61,132 nucleotides of DNA from a virus. Lineage: Duplodnaviria > Caudoviricetes. The stretch lies in the IMG/VR virus record IMGVR_UViG_3300014157_000001, positions 1 through 61,132 of that record; one strand, 5' to 3'. The first letter of the stretch is position 1, and every line of letters starts with the position of its first letter. A model generated the notes under the pieces. That model searched no databases. It saw only the letters and a program-made list of their open reading frames with translations, and was not told the origin of the DNA. Below are positions 8,417 to 17,420 of the stretch, one piece after another. Made by a program: the position numbers and the translations under genes.

Positions 8417-9067
8417 TCATCTCTGATCTCCCTTAATGGGTGAGGTCTGCCCTACGCGGATAACGCGCGGGTGGTCTATGTCGGCACGGCGCTCCAACTC
8501 CTGCTGCCATGCCTCGTCAGTGGTACGGCGAGCGATCTCGCGCTCGACCGCCGCCAGTTCGGCCGCGTCGGCTGCTGCCTCCCGGCGCCTGTCGGCGGCC
8601 GTCTGTAGCCCGACCATGCGGTCGTGTGCCGCCAGCAGGTCGGCGGGGAGGGGGACGGCCTTGTAGTGCCGGCGGATCCGGCCCAGTTCCCAGCAGACGG
8701 TGCCCCATTGCTGCTTGCGGCGCGCCCGGTCTACGTCGCGGCGCATCTCCTCAAGGGCGCCGAGGTTGCACGCGTCCTCATACGCCTGGCCATCGAGGGC
8801 GACGAACCACTTGATGCGGGCACGGGACTTCGGAGGCCGGTCGGGAAGCAGGGCGCGAAGCCGCTCGATCTCCGGGGCGAGGAGCGCCCGGATCTGTACG
8901 GCGGCCGGGGCGGCGAGGTCTTCGAACTCCTGGTCCTCGGCGAGGGACGACCACACCGTGTCGGGCTGGAGTCGGTCCAGGCGCTCGTACTTCGTGCAGA
9001 AGGTGCGTACGGCGCGCTCGGCGTCCGCCTGCCACTCCTCGCGGGAGGGCCAGGCGCGGGCGCTCAT
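8417..9067 (-). CDS. hypothetical protein
   Basis: 216-aa helical ORF, ATGA coupling to the upstream gene. Confidence 0.7.
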   Translation of the reverse strand: MSARAWPSREEWQADAERAVRTFCTKYERLDRLQPDTVWSSLAEDQEFEDLAAPAAVQIRALLAPEIERLRALLPDRPPKSRARIKWFVALDGQAYEDACNLGALEEMRRDVDRARRKQQWGTVCWELGRIRRHYKAVPLPADLLAAHDRMVGLQTAADRRREAAADAAELAAVEREIARRTTDEAWQQELERRADIDHPRVIRVGQTSPIKGDQR

Positions 9068-9363
9068 CGCTCAACTCCCGCATTGAGCAGGACCTGGTAG
9101 CGCATCTCAGCCTCGGGCGAGCGATCAAACAACCAGCCCTCGCCGTGCTGGTCGCAGTACTTCGAGTCGTCTTCGCTTCCGGGGCCGAGGAGGCAGTTGC
9201 CGTGCTCGTCGACGCGGGGGCAGCAGCCGCAGGTGGCCTCGCAGCAGTCGGTCTCGCCGTACGGGTCCTCGGGCCCAGGCTTCTCACAGTCGGCACAGCG
9301 GTCGCCGGTGCAGTACGGCACGGTCTCCACGGAGACGGCGACAACGCCGTCCTGGCCGCTCAC
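9064..9363 (-). CDS. Cys-rich hypothetical protein
   Basis: C-x4-CADC...CCEATCGCC...C...CDQH; GTGA coupling. Confidence 0.6.
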   Translation of the reverse strand: MSGQDGVVAVSVETVPYCTGDRCADCEKPGPEDPYGETDCCEATCGCCPRVDEHGNCLLGPGSEDDSKYCDQHGEGWLFDRSPEAEMRYQVLLNAGVER

Positions 9364-9479
9364 GCGACGGTGCGGGTAGTGGTGACAGGGCCCGTGCCGA
9401 GCGACGCCGGTGTGATGTTCACGGCGGTGGCTGGGGTTCCACTGTCTGATCGCCCGGTTGTCCGGGTACTCTCGTGCAT
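9360..9479 (-). CDS. small hypothetical peptide (39 aa)
   Basis: GAAGG RBS, stop overlaps next start. Confidence 0.4.
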   Translation of the reverse strand: MHESTRTTGRSDSGTPATAVNITPASLGTGPVTTTRTVA

Positions 9480-9723
9480 GTTGGCACCTTCTACTCGATG
9501 ACGTGCCGACGGGTCGACACCTTCTTCTGACCGAGAGGGCTCGACCACGCCCCCGCTCCCAGGTATCCGGCAAGAGCCTGGGAATCCAGCGGGGGCTTCA
9601 ATCTGCCCTCGTGCACCAGCCATCTGACGAGACGTCTGGCGCATACCGCAGTCTATCGGTTCACACTGACAATGTGCCCCCGGCTTCCCCTTCGTGTCGC
9701 AGTTCCCGCGCGGCACCCTTGAC

Positions 9724-10173
9724 TCACGCATCGTCGTGCCCCCGACCACCCGACTCGGCGTCAGCCGGGTGCGCAGGGACGGTCATTGCCAAGGACCGGC
9801 GCACCATGCCCGCCATCGCCGCATAGCCGGCCGCGTCCAACACCCCGCGGATTTCCTCGATCCCGGCGCGATAGCGGTCCGGGTTCTTCATCATCCGCTC
9901 CAGGTGGACGCCGACCACGAGCGCCCGGTCCCACACCGCCTGGATCAGTGCCGGGTCCGCGTCCGGCCATGCCGGGAACAGATCCCGCGGCAGCTTGACC
10001 GGCGAGCCGACCGAGGCGACCTGCGCGGCAGCAGACAGGCCCGCCAGATACTGGCCCGCCAGCGTCGCCCGGCCGCCGAACGTCGTGTCCCGCTGCACGA
10101 GTGCGAACTGGGCGTCGTCCACGCCCTCGCTGGTGGCTGCGGACTCGATCGGGGCGTTGGGGTGAGTGGTCAT
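9724..10173 (-). CDS. hypothetical protein
   Basis: ATGA coupling to the whiB-like gene, GGAGG RBS. Confidence 0.7.
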   Translation of the reverse strand: MTTHPNAPIESAATSEGVDDAQFALVQRDTTFGGRATLAGQYLAGLSAAAQVASVGSPVKLPRDLFPAWPDADPALIQAVWDRALVVGVHLERMMKNPDRYRAGIEEIRGVLDAAGYAAMAGMVRRSLAMTVPAHPADAESGGRGHDDA

Positions 10174-11120
10174 GCGGCAGCCTCCAGGCGCTTAGCAGGG
10201 ATCAGGGTGTGCACGGTCGCCTCCGGAGAGTCGAGGAGTTCGGCGAGCTCGGCGTCCAGGTCGAGTTGGCCGGGGATCGCCAACGGCAGCGGCTCCGAAG
10301 CAGCCGGCCGCACAGGGGGCTCCGGGCGCGTACGGCGCTGCTCCACATCGACATCGACGACGAGCTGCCCGGCGATCGCCGTGAACTTCGTACGGGACGG
10401 ACGCCGCCCGACGGTGCGCCGCGGCCCCGAAACGGTCTCCTCGCGGGCCTTCATCGACGTGACGACCGCGGGCACCGACCCGTCGTCCTCACGCACCCAC
10501 GCCGCATCGATCAGACCGCGCGCCTGTGCAGCCTCGAGGAGCTGCATCCGCGTCGCGTCCTTCGACAACCCCAGCAGGTTCGCCAGATGCGAGCGCTGCC
10601 AGTTCGCCGTCCGAATGTTCATCAACGCGACCTGCGCGATCTCACGGGCATCCCACCGCAACGCGAGCGCCTTCAGGATCGCCTTCTTCTGCTCGGTCGC
10701 GAACCGGTCGTCCGGTGCAGCCTCCGGCACCATCCCCGACCGGGCCTCGACCAGCCTCCGCGTCCGCGCCTGCCACCGCTCACCGCCGAGCACGGCGAAC
10801 TCCTCGACCAGCTTCCCGTCCGGGCCAAGAGTGTTGGCGTACGTGTGGCAGGCCACCATCACCGGGCACTCCACGCACACGCCGATCGCAGCCGTCTCCC
10901 GGGCGATCCGTACGTCCCGGTCCTCCCCGCCGTCGACGTCCGGCGCCTGCCACGAGGTAACCGGGACGCGCACACGCCGGCCGTCGTCCAATTCGTGGCT
11001 GCCCGCCGCCAGGTGTGGCGCGTCAGGGTCGGGCGCGCAGCCCCTGTACTTGAAGCGAGGGTCTTCGGTGAATGCGTTGTACGCGGCATGCGACGACAGC
11101 GCGGTTCGGTTCGGGCTCAT
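10170..11120 (-). CDS. WhiB-like Fe-S regulator fused to LuxR-like HTH
   Basis: RGC...AIGVCVECPVMVAC...FAVLGG (Wbl Cys pattern and G-turn), then TEQKKAILKALA...AREIAQVALMNIRTANWQRSHLANLLGL. Confidence 0.8.
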   Translation of the reverse strand: MSPNRTALSSHAAYNAFTEDPRFKYRGCAPDPDAPHLAAGSHELDDGRRVRVPVTSWQAPDVDGGEDRDVRIARETAAIGVCVECPVMVACHTYANTLGPDGKLVEEFAVLGGERWQARTRRLVEARSGMVPEAAPDDRFATEQKKAILKALALRWDAREIAQVALMNIRTANWQRSHLANLLGLSKDATRMQLLEAAQARGLIDAAWVREDDGSVPAVVTSMKAREETVSGPRRTVGRRPSRTKFTAIAGQLVVDVDVEQRRTRPEPPVRPAASEPLPLAIPGQLDLDAELAELLDSPEATVHTLIPAKRLEAAA

Positions 11121-11407
11121 CAGTGGCCCCCTTCCTTCGGGTTGGGTCGGCTTGTAGACGGGGACGGCTCGGGCGCGGGGTCGGAGAGAACGGCGACGGC
11201 GGCCGCCAACTTCGACAGCCGCCGCTCCAACCCCTCCGCCACCACCTGCTGGTCGGCGTGCACCACGTGGTCGACGAGCCGGGACCCGGCCCGCTCCGCC
11301 GTCAACTCGCGCTCCGCACGCTTGAGACGCTGCTCGCGGCGCACCGCCAGGACAGCAGCCACACCCGCGGCGAGGACCGCGAGGCCGGCACGTATTCGGT
11401 GGGACAC
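11120..11407 (-). CDS. small membrane-anchored hypothetical protein
   Basis: N-terminal hydrophobic helix plus coiled coil; GAGGA RBS. Confidence 0.65.
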   Translation of the reverse strand: MSHRIRAGLAVLAAGVAAVLAVRREQRLKRAERELTAERAGSRLVDHVVHADQQVVAEGLERRLSKLAAAVAVLSDPAPEPSPSTSRPNPKEGGH

Positions 11408-11448
11408 GGGTCCTCACCTCCGTTCTGTCAGGGGAAGGGATAGGGGTC

Positions 11449-11721
11449 TCACTGCTGGGCGTTGCCGAGCCGCAGCCACTCCGCGACGAGGATCTGCTCG
11501 GTCGCCTTCAGTACGGCTTTGTCCTGCAGCTCCCGCTCACGGGCCCGCATCAGCTCGATGGCGTGCTCAAGGCTGTCCGCATACACCTCGGTCGACAGCA
11601 CCCCGCGGGCACGGGCCCGGCGCCGGCGGCGGCACTCGATCGCTCCGGCCACCCCCGTTCCGGCCAGGACGACGACGGGGGCGAGGGTGAGCAGCAGGGT
11701 GTCGATGGTGTTCGCGTCCAC
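11449..11721 (-). CDS. small membrane-anchored hypothetical protein
   Basis: LLLTLAPVVVLAGTGVAGAI TM segment followed by a basic stretch. Confidence 0.6.
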   Translation of the reverse strand: MDANTIDTLLLTLAPVVVLAGTGVAGAIECRRRRRARARGVLSTEVYADSLEHAIELMRARERELQDKAVLKATEQILVAEWLRLGNAQQ

Positions 11722-11832
11722 AACGGACCTCATTTCGGCAAGGCGGTAGCCAGGGTTGGCTGTTGAGGTGGGGTGAAACCAGGTCCGGTGGGGCGGACGG
11801 GCGGGGCATCCAGACGACCCCGCCAAGGGGTG

Positions 11833-13458
11833 TTACGCGGCGGCCGTCAGGTCGGCCGCGGGGGCGTGGCGCTCGAGCTCCTCGCCGGTGATGGCCTCCA
11901 CGAGCGCGCACACCAGGATCTCGGCGGCGTTCGGCGTGACGGCGTTGCCGTACTGGCGGACCTTCTCGCGCTTGCTGCCGAGCACGATGTACTCGTCGGC
12001 GAACGACATGGCCCGCCCGATCTCGTGCGGCTCCAGCATTCGGAACAACACGTCGTCGATGTCGACGTCGCCCTTCACCAGCGCGTACCGGTCCCGCGTC
12101 GTCAGCGCGCCGATCGGCTGCCGGACACTGCGCGCGGTCCCGTTCCCGTAGTACGGGATCAGCAGGTGCTCCTGCACTCCCGCAGGGGCGACGAGCCCGT
12201 GATGGTTACCGGACGCGGTCACCGTCGCCAGAGCATCAGTCACCGGCCGGGCCACGCTTCCGCCGCCGCGCAGCTCCGCGATGAACGGCAGCCACGCCAG
12301 CCCGGTCTCGTTCCGAGCGGTCTGCGTGCGCAGCGGCAGATGCGCCGAGCCGGCCTCCTTCCCGTCCCGGCCCTCCACCGGAATCATCAGCGGCGGAACC
12401 GCCAGCGCATCGTTCTCCCGCGTCGTCCGCGTCGGCATCGGCTCCCACATCGGCGACGCCGCATCCCGCCACGTGCCCCCGGCGGGCACCATCACCGGCT
12501 GAGAGAACTTCTCCAGCCCGGCACGGATCCGCGCCAACGTCTTCGCCGCCAACGGCCGGGCCCGGTCCCCGATCCGCTGACCCGGTATCGACCAGTCGAT
12601 CGCCGCGAGCGCGGGCAGCGCCTCCGGCTCCACCACCTGGCTCCGGCACGACGTACGCGGGCACCGGTACACGTAGTGCTGCCGGTATCGGCCCATGTCC
12701 CGGCCCGGGTTCTTGAACACCTGCACCGCCTGCACCGTCTCGTCGCACACCGGGCACCAGGCCTTCGGCCGCAGCCACTTGTCCCAGTCCGGCGTCCGCC
12801 CCAGGCTCTCGTGCCAGTACGCCACGTACAGGCGGTCCCGGGACTGCGGTGCCGCGTGCACACTCCGCGGGTTCGCATGCATCGAGTTCAGGGCGATCAG
12901 CCGGGTCCGGTACCCCATCTTGTGGAGCTCACCGATCCACCGGTCCCACTCATCCCACTGCCGCACGTCCACGACGTTCTCCACGACGCCGGCCTTCACC
13001 AGCCCGCCCCGCTCGATCACGCCGCGCAGGTACAGCGGCACCTCCTCCATCAGCGCCCGCGACTCCTCCTCCGACGTCGGCTCCTCCGGGTCCTCGTCGG
13101 CACCGACGTTGCGGAACTTCGACGCCTCGATCTCCGCGTACAGCTCCAGGAGATCGCCCTGCATCGCCTTGTCGAAGTCGCGCTGCTTCCCCTTGGCGAT
13201 CGACCAGTTCGTGCACTCCGGCGACGCCCAGAAGATGTCGGTGACGGGCCACGCCCACACCGGCGCCTGCCGGATGTCGCCGCGGTAGTGGGAGGCGTCT
13301 GGGAAGTTCGCCTCGTGGGACTCGATGGCCCGCTCCCAATGGTTCGCCGCGCGCTCCACCCGCAGGTTCGGGACGGAGTGCATGCCCTGGCTCGAGCCCC
13401 CGGCGCCACAAAACCAGTCCATAACCGACAAAGCGTTGCCGTCGTTTCGGTACCCCAT
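11833..13458 (-). CDS. DNA (cytosine-5)-methyltransferase
   Basis: motif I DWFCGAGG, IV ASPEC, VI ENV, VIII PQSRDR, X QYGNAVTP. Confidence 0.92.
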   Translation of the reverse strand: MGYRNDGNALSVMDWFCGAGGSSQGMHSVPNLRVERAANHWERAIESHEANFPDASHYRGDIRQAPVWAWPVTDIFWASPECTNWSIAKGKQRDFDKAMQGDLLELYAEIEASKFRNVGADEDPEEPTSEEESRALMEEVPLYLRGVIERGGLVKAGVVENVVDVRQWDEWDRWIGELHKMGYRTRLIALNSMHANPRSVHAAPQSRDRLYVAYWHESLGRTPDWDKWLRPKAWCPVCDETVQAVQVFKNPGRDMGRYRQHYVYRCPRTSCRSQVVEPEALPALAAIDWSIPGQRIGDRARPLAAKTLARIRAGLEKFSQPVMVPAGGTWRDAASPMWEPMPTRTTRENDALAVPPLMIPVEGRDGKEAGSAHLPLRTQTARNETGLAWLPFIAELRGGGSVARPVTDALATVTASGNHHGLVAPAGVQEHLLIPYYGNGTARSVRQPIGALTTRDRYALVKGDVDIDDVLFRMLEPHEIGRAMSFADEYIVLGSKREKVRQYGNAVTPNAAEILVCALVEAITGEELERHAPAADLTAAA

Positions 13459-14060
13459 CAGTTGTCCCCCTTGGAGGTCTTGATTGCGCGTCGTGCACGG
13501 TCTCGTTGGCGGCTGCACGCGCGGCAGTGGCGGCGGCCGTTGTGCAGGTAGGTGTTCTCGTCGTCGTAGGGGTGACCTTGTGGGCAGTGCGTCCGGTCGG
13601 ACTGGGCTCCCTGGAAGGGCAGACCGGCCTTCTCCGTGTGGCGTCGTCGCTGGGCTTCGCGCTCGCAGACTGCGCAGTACCGGGATCCGTTCGGCCGGGA
13701 GCGGACGTTCTTCGGGTCGGTCCAGTCGTGGCCGGCGCGGCGGCAAGAGGTCTGCCTGGCGCGAATACGGCGCTGGTTCTCCGCGTGGGTCACAACTTCG
13801 ACGTGCGCCGGATTCACACAAGGCGGGTTCACGCACAGGTGGTCCAGCTCAAGGCCCTCCGGTATGGGGCTGACGAGTGCCTCGTAGGCGGCTCGATGCG
13901 CGCAACGGTCACGTCCGTCGACATGTACGTAGCCGTAGTTGGCGCTGTTCCTCCAGCCCTGCCATTCCCAGCAGTCCGTAGAGGTGACGACCACTCGCGT
14001 CCGGATCCGCACCGGCAGTTGCTCTACCGTGAGCGCGTTGTCGTCGCTGCGGTATCCCAT
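13458..14060 (-). CDS. HNH homing endonuclease with Zn-binding DNA-binding repeats
   Basis: CWEWQG, AHRAAYE, LDHLCVNPPCVNPAHVEVVTHAEN, THCPQGH...RHCRAC. Confidence 0.9.
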   Translation of the reverse strand: MGYRSDDNALTVEQLPVRIRTRVVVTSTDCWEWQGWRNSANYGYVHVDGRDRCAHRAAYEALVSPIPEGLELDHLCVNPPCVNPAHVEVVTHAENQRRIRARQTSCRRAGHDWTDPKNVRSRPNGSRYCAVCEREAQRRRHTEKAGLPFQGAQSDRTHCPQGHPYDDENTYLHNGRRHCRACSRQRDRARRAIKTSKGDN

Positions 14061-15115
14061 CAGGCGGCGCTCCTCGCGTCGGCGGCCTTCAACTCGTTCA
14101 GCCGGGCCTCAAGGAGCTCGTCGAACGTGCTCCACGACTTGTCCGGGCCCTGCACGCTCCGATCCGATACCCCGCCCTTCTTACCCGCCAGGCGGATCTG
14201 CAGCAGCGCGTCCGGGTTGGCCCACACGTTCGGGTCCTGGCACTGCCCGAGCAGCCGCTGCAACGGGTCGTCACCGCCGGTACCGGTGTCCTGCGAGCGG
14301 CCCGGCTCCGGCGACGCATGCTCCTCCGGGACGGCCGTGCTGTGCTCCGCCGCCGCGGTGCCGCTACCCGTCTCGGCAGCGACCTGCGCCGCCACCGCCG
14401 GAGCCTCCACCGCCTGCCGCTGCTCCCTCTCCGCCGCGACCGCCTTCAACTCCGTGCCACGGCCCACGATCAACTCACCCAGCGTCGTCGGCCCGTTCGG
14501 ACCCTGCACCGAAGCACCGAGCAGCCCGTCGCCCTTCGCCTCCGCATGCATCACCTGCAACGCCGCCACGTTGTTCCACACCGCCGGCTTCCGCAGCCGC
14601 GACAGATAACCGTCCGCAGGCGACGTCTGCCCCACCGGGTGATCGCGGTCCCCGTCGTCCAACGACCCCTCATCCACCGGGATCATGAACGTGTGGATCA
14701 GCGCGTACTTCAGCGCCGCCGACATCGCCTTGTTCGACGCCTTGTCCGCCGTGTCCGACGCCTCGCCCATCGTGATCGCGGTGACCTTGTCACCCGCCGG
14801 GCCATAGAAGTGGAAAGCGACCCGCATCCGGATCGCGTTCATCTTCCCGCGGACCTCGGTCTCACTGTCCAGGACCTCCGGCGTCATGAACACGCCGTGG
14901 TCGCGCAGCGGTTGGGCGAGCGCACCGATGGCGCCGTCGACGCCGCGGAACTTGTACTTCTGGTGGTCGTTGAAGCCCTCCTTGCCGAGGTTGCGGACGT
15001 CCCGCATGACCAGCGCCATGAGCTGGTAGATGGTCGGCTGGTCGGGGTTCGGGGTGTGCGAGGTCAGACCCTCCGCGGTCGTGCCCGATGCGGGGGCCTC
15101 AATGGCAGTCGCCAT
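14060..15115 (-). CDS. Erf-family single-strand annealing protein
   Basis: YKFRGVDGAIGALAQPLRDHG, GEASDTADKASNKAMSAALKYAL. Confidence 0.85.
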   Translation of the reverse strand: MATAIEAPASGTTAEGLTSHTPNPDQPTIYQLMALVMRDVRNLGKEGFNDHQKYKFRGVDGAIGALAQPLRDHGVFMTPEVLDSETEVRGKMNAIRMRVAFHFYGPAGDKVTAITMGEASDTADKASNKAMSAALKYALIHTFMIPVDEGSLDDGDRDHPVGQTSPADGYLSRLRKPAVWNNVAALQVMHAEAKGDGLLGASVQGPNGPTTLGELIVGRGTELKAVAAEREQRQAVEAPAVAAQVAAETGSGTAAAEHSTAVPEEHASPEPGRSQDTGTGGDDPLQRLLGQCQDPNVWANPDALLQIRLAGKKGGVSDRSVQGPDKSWSTFDELLEARLNELKAADARSAA

Positions 15116-15184
15116 GAGGTGGTTTCTCCTTGTGTTCTACGGTGCGGGGCGGCCCACGATCCCGGGCCGGCATCCCGCCCCGGA

Positions 15185-15733
15185 TCAGTCGTCTGTCGGT
15201 ACGTCGTGCAGGTCGAACTCACTGACCAGCCACGACTGGATCACCCACGCCACCTTCAACTGGTAGCCCAGGCGCTCACTGTCAGCAGCAGCCTTCACCG
15301 CCGCCCGGTCCACCAGCGAACCAGGCACCCGCAGGCTCATGTTGACCTTCTTCACGCCGCGGGTACGGGTGGGCCGCTCCGGCTCCCACTCGCCCTTCAC
15401 GAACCGGTCCAGGCCGTCCGTGGCGACCGCGCCGAGCGTCGTGTCCGTACGCTCCGCCGCCGCCTTCAACGCGTCCCGCAAAGCGGGGGTGACGTAGATG
15501 CCCATCGTGCGCGCCAGGTCCGTACCGTCCTCGGTGGGCTCGCTGTCGCGCAGCACCACCCAGCCGCGGGGGGCGAGCAGCGCCCGGATCGCGGAGTCGT
15601 CGTGTCCGTGCTCGGCGAGCTGGCGGGCGGAGACTTCCAGACGGGCTCGGATGTCGCGGGGCACGCGAGGTCCTTTCGGCGGGCGCCGCCTGGACCGGGG
15701 CGCGGCCGGCGGGCGCGAGGGGGTGTTGGCCAC
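15185..15733 (-). CDS. tandem ribbon-helix-helix DNA-binding protein (candidate repressor)
   Basis: TMGIYVTPALRDALKAAAERTDTTLGAVATDGLDRF and VNMSLRVPGSLVDRAAVKAAADSE...VAWVIQSWL; GGAGG RBS. Confidence 0.65.
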   Translation of the reverse strand: MANTPSRPPAAPRSRRRPPKGPRVPRDIRARLEVSARQLAEHGHDDSAIRALLAPRGWVVLRDSEPTEDGTDLARTMGIYVTPALRDALKAAAERTDTTLGAVATDGLDRFVKGEWEPERPTRTRGVKKVNMSLRVPGSLVDRAAVKAAADSERLGYQLKVAWVIQSWLVSEFDLHDVPTDD

Positions 15734-15751
15734 GCCAGTGTCCTCCATTTC

Positions 15752-15842
15752 TCTTTGCGCCGCCATGAGCAGCGGCGTCGGTGGGTGATGCCCCAACCGT
15801 ACCCGCTAAGTCATTGCGACGCAATGAATAACTGGGTAGAGT
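15752..15842. promoter_or_regulatory. divergent promoters sharing operator palindrome TCATTGCG-A-CGCAATGA (15811-15827) plus degenerate copy (15752-15768)
   Basis: plus: TTGCGA-N17-TAGAGT; minus: TTGCGT-N17-TACGGT; 15752 copy TCTTTGCG-C-CGCCATGA. Confidence 0.75.
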
Positions 15843-15877
15843 GGCAACCACACCAACCAGCAAGCGGGGGACCGGAC

Positions 15878-16174
15878 ATGAAGAACAGCCGCAGCAGCCG
15901 CATCCGAGCCGCACTCACCAACACCGCCCTCGCCGCGCTCGCACTCGGGACCCGCGCCTACTACCGCCACCTCCTCAACCAGGCCGCCACCACCGCCGGA
16001 CAGGTCGTCATCGGCTACACCAAGGAGAACGGCGAGCACAGCCAACGCCTCATCCGCCCCGAGGAAGTCCGCCGATCCAAGGCCGGCGACTACTACGTCC
16101 GCGCCTTCGACGCCCTCCGCGACGCCAACCGGTCCTTCCGCCTCGACCGCATCACCACCCTGGAGACGGCCTGA
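15878..16174 (+). CDS. stand-alone WYL-domain protein
   Basis: VIGYTKENGEHSQRLIRP...YYVRAFDALRDANRSFRLDRI. Confidence 0.85.
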   Translation: MKNSRSSRIRAALTNTALAALALGTRAYYRHLLNQAATTAGQVVIGYTKENGEHSQRLIRPEEVRRSKAGDYYVRAFDALRDANRSFRLDRITTLETA

Positions 16175-16234
16175 CGGGCAACAGGCGAGCCCACCGCACG
16201 ACATCATCAAATCCCAGACCGAGACGAGGGGCCC

Positions 16235-16519
16235 ATGAACGAGCTGATGCTGCAGGACCTGGCAACCACGTCCGTCACGCAGCGGACGAGTCACTGCATC
16301 CACATTGCCTTCCCCAACGGATATGGCGCATCAGTCATCAACGACGGGTACGGATCCGAAGACGGCCTGTACGAACTGGCCGTGCTCGACTCGAAGGGGC
16401 ACGTTACCTACGAGAGCCCCATCACCGGCTACGTGCTTGGCCATCTGACGCAATCCGCCCTGCTGGATGCCCTCAAGCGCGTCGCGGAGCTGCCCGCAGT
16501 CCCCACCGGGGATGCCTGA
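16235..16519 (+). CDS. conserved phage hypothetical protein
   Basis: FPNGYGASVI...GLYELAVL...TPI-like pattern typical of small phage proteins; GAGGGG RBS. Confidence 0.75.
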   Translation: MNELMLQDLATTSVTQRTSHCIHIAFPNGYGASVINDGYGSEDGLYELAVLDSKGHVTYESPITGYVLGHLTQSALLDALKRVAELPAVPTGDA

Positions 16520-16525
16520 AACACC

Positions 16526-16558
16526 GAAGGCCACCTCCTGAACCGGGGGGTGGCCTTT
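16526..16558 (+). terminator. intrinsic terminator
   Basis: GAAGGCCACCTCC-TGAACC-GGGGGGTGGCCTTT. Confidence 0.7.
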
Positions 16559-16644
16559 GATCACTCTGATCGCGCACGCGAAGAGTAGCCCAGACCCACA
16601 CCACGGCGGAAGCCCTTCACCCGGATCACGCGAGAATCGATGCC

Positions 16645-16854
16645 ATGGACCGTCAGGAAGCCCTGCCAGACGCCCCCGTGACGCGGCGTGAACGCGTCTT
16701 CTGCACCGGCATCCGATCCGACGGCCGACGCTGCGGCCAGGAACTCTTCGACAAAGTCTCCCGCGCCCGCCAACGGGGAGATGAGTGCGACCCCGAGACC
16801 CGCGCCGGCCACGAACGGCGTGACGCCGACCAAGACCCCATCCCCGGACTCTGA
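16645..16854 (+). CDS. hypothetical protein
   Basis: 69-aa ORF filling the gap before the 16868 gene. Confidence 0.4.
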   Translation: MDRQEALPDAPVTRRERVFCTGIRSDGRRCGQELFDKVSRARQRGDECDPETRAGHERRDADQDPIPGL

Positions 16855-16867
16855 CAAGGACTCTTCC

Positions 16868-17284
16868 GTGACCACCACGAGCATCGCCAGTACGACCACT
16901 ACCGTTCACGTCGCCGTATCCGACGCGCCGCCCCTGAAGGTGAGCTTCGTCTACCACGACGTCACCGAGCTCGTCCTTACCTACACCGGTAACAGGCTGA
17001 CCGAACTGCGGGTCCTGGGTGTCGAGGAGGACACCGGCGTCGCCGAGTGGCTGGAGACGGACCTGAACGCCTACGAGGCCGTGCAGCCGTGGATCCGCGG
17101 CGAGGTGGAGAAGCACCGGCCGTCCACACGGGCGCGAGCCCGCCAGCAGAGCGTTCTCGACCGGGCGGCAGAAGCCATCGACGGTGAAGCGTGGCCGCAC
17201 GAGAAGCCCGAGCGGGAGAACCAGGAGCTGTACCGCCTGGCCGACAAGGTCCGTGCGCTTCCGATCTCCGACATCGACGGCTGA
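16868..17284 (+). CDS. hypothetical protein
   Basis: AAGGA RBS and GTG start, GC3-rich codons. Confidence 0.65.
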   Translation: MTTTSIASTTTTVHVAVSDAPPLKVSFVYHDVTELVLTYTGNRLTELRVLGVEEDTGVAEWLETDLNAYEAVQPWIRGEVEKHRPSTRARARQQSVLDRAAEAIDGEAWPHEKPERENQELYRLADKVRALPISDIDG

Positions 17285-17420
17285 CGCGGCTTCGCCCAGA
17301 TCGATTCTGCGGGCGCCGCGCCGGGGGATACCGCTCCAGCGAACCCGCCCGATCCGTCATACGGTGCTTGCAGGATCAGGGGAAACCCGCAGACCAGCCA
17401 CCCCGCCACAAGATCGAAGA

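Noticed and set aside
11833-13458. MTase and HNH as a restriction-modification pair
   Set aside because: HNH has homing-type architecture and the duplicated start points to insertion; orphan MTases are common in such elements
16645-16854. Mu Com-like zinc finger
   Set aside because: RCGQELF resembles Com but the second CxxC is missing
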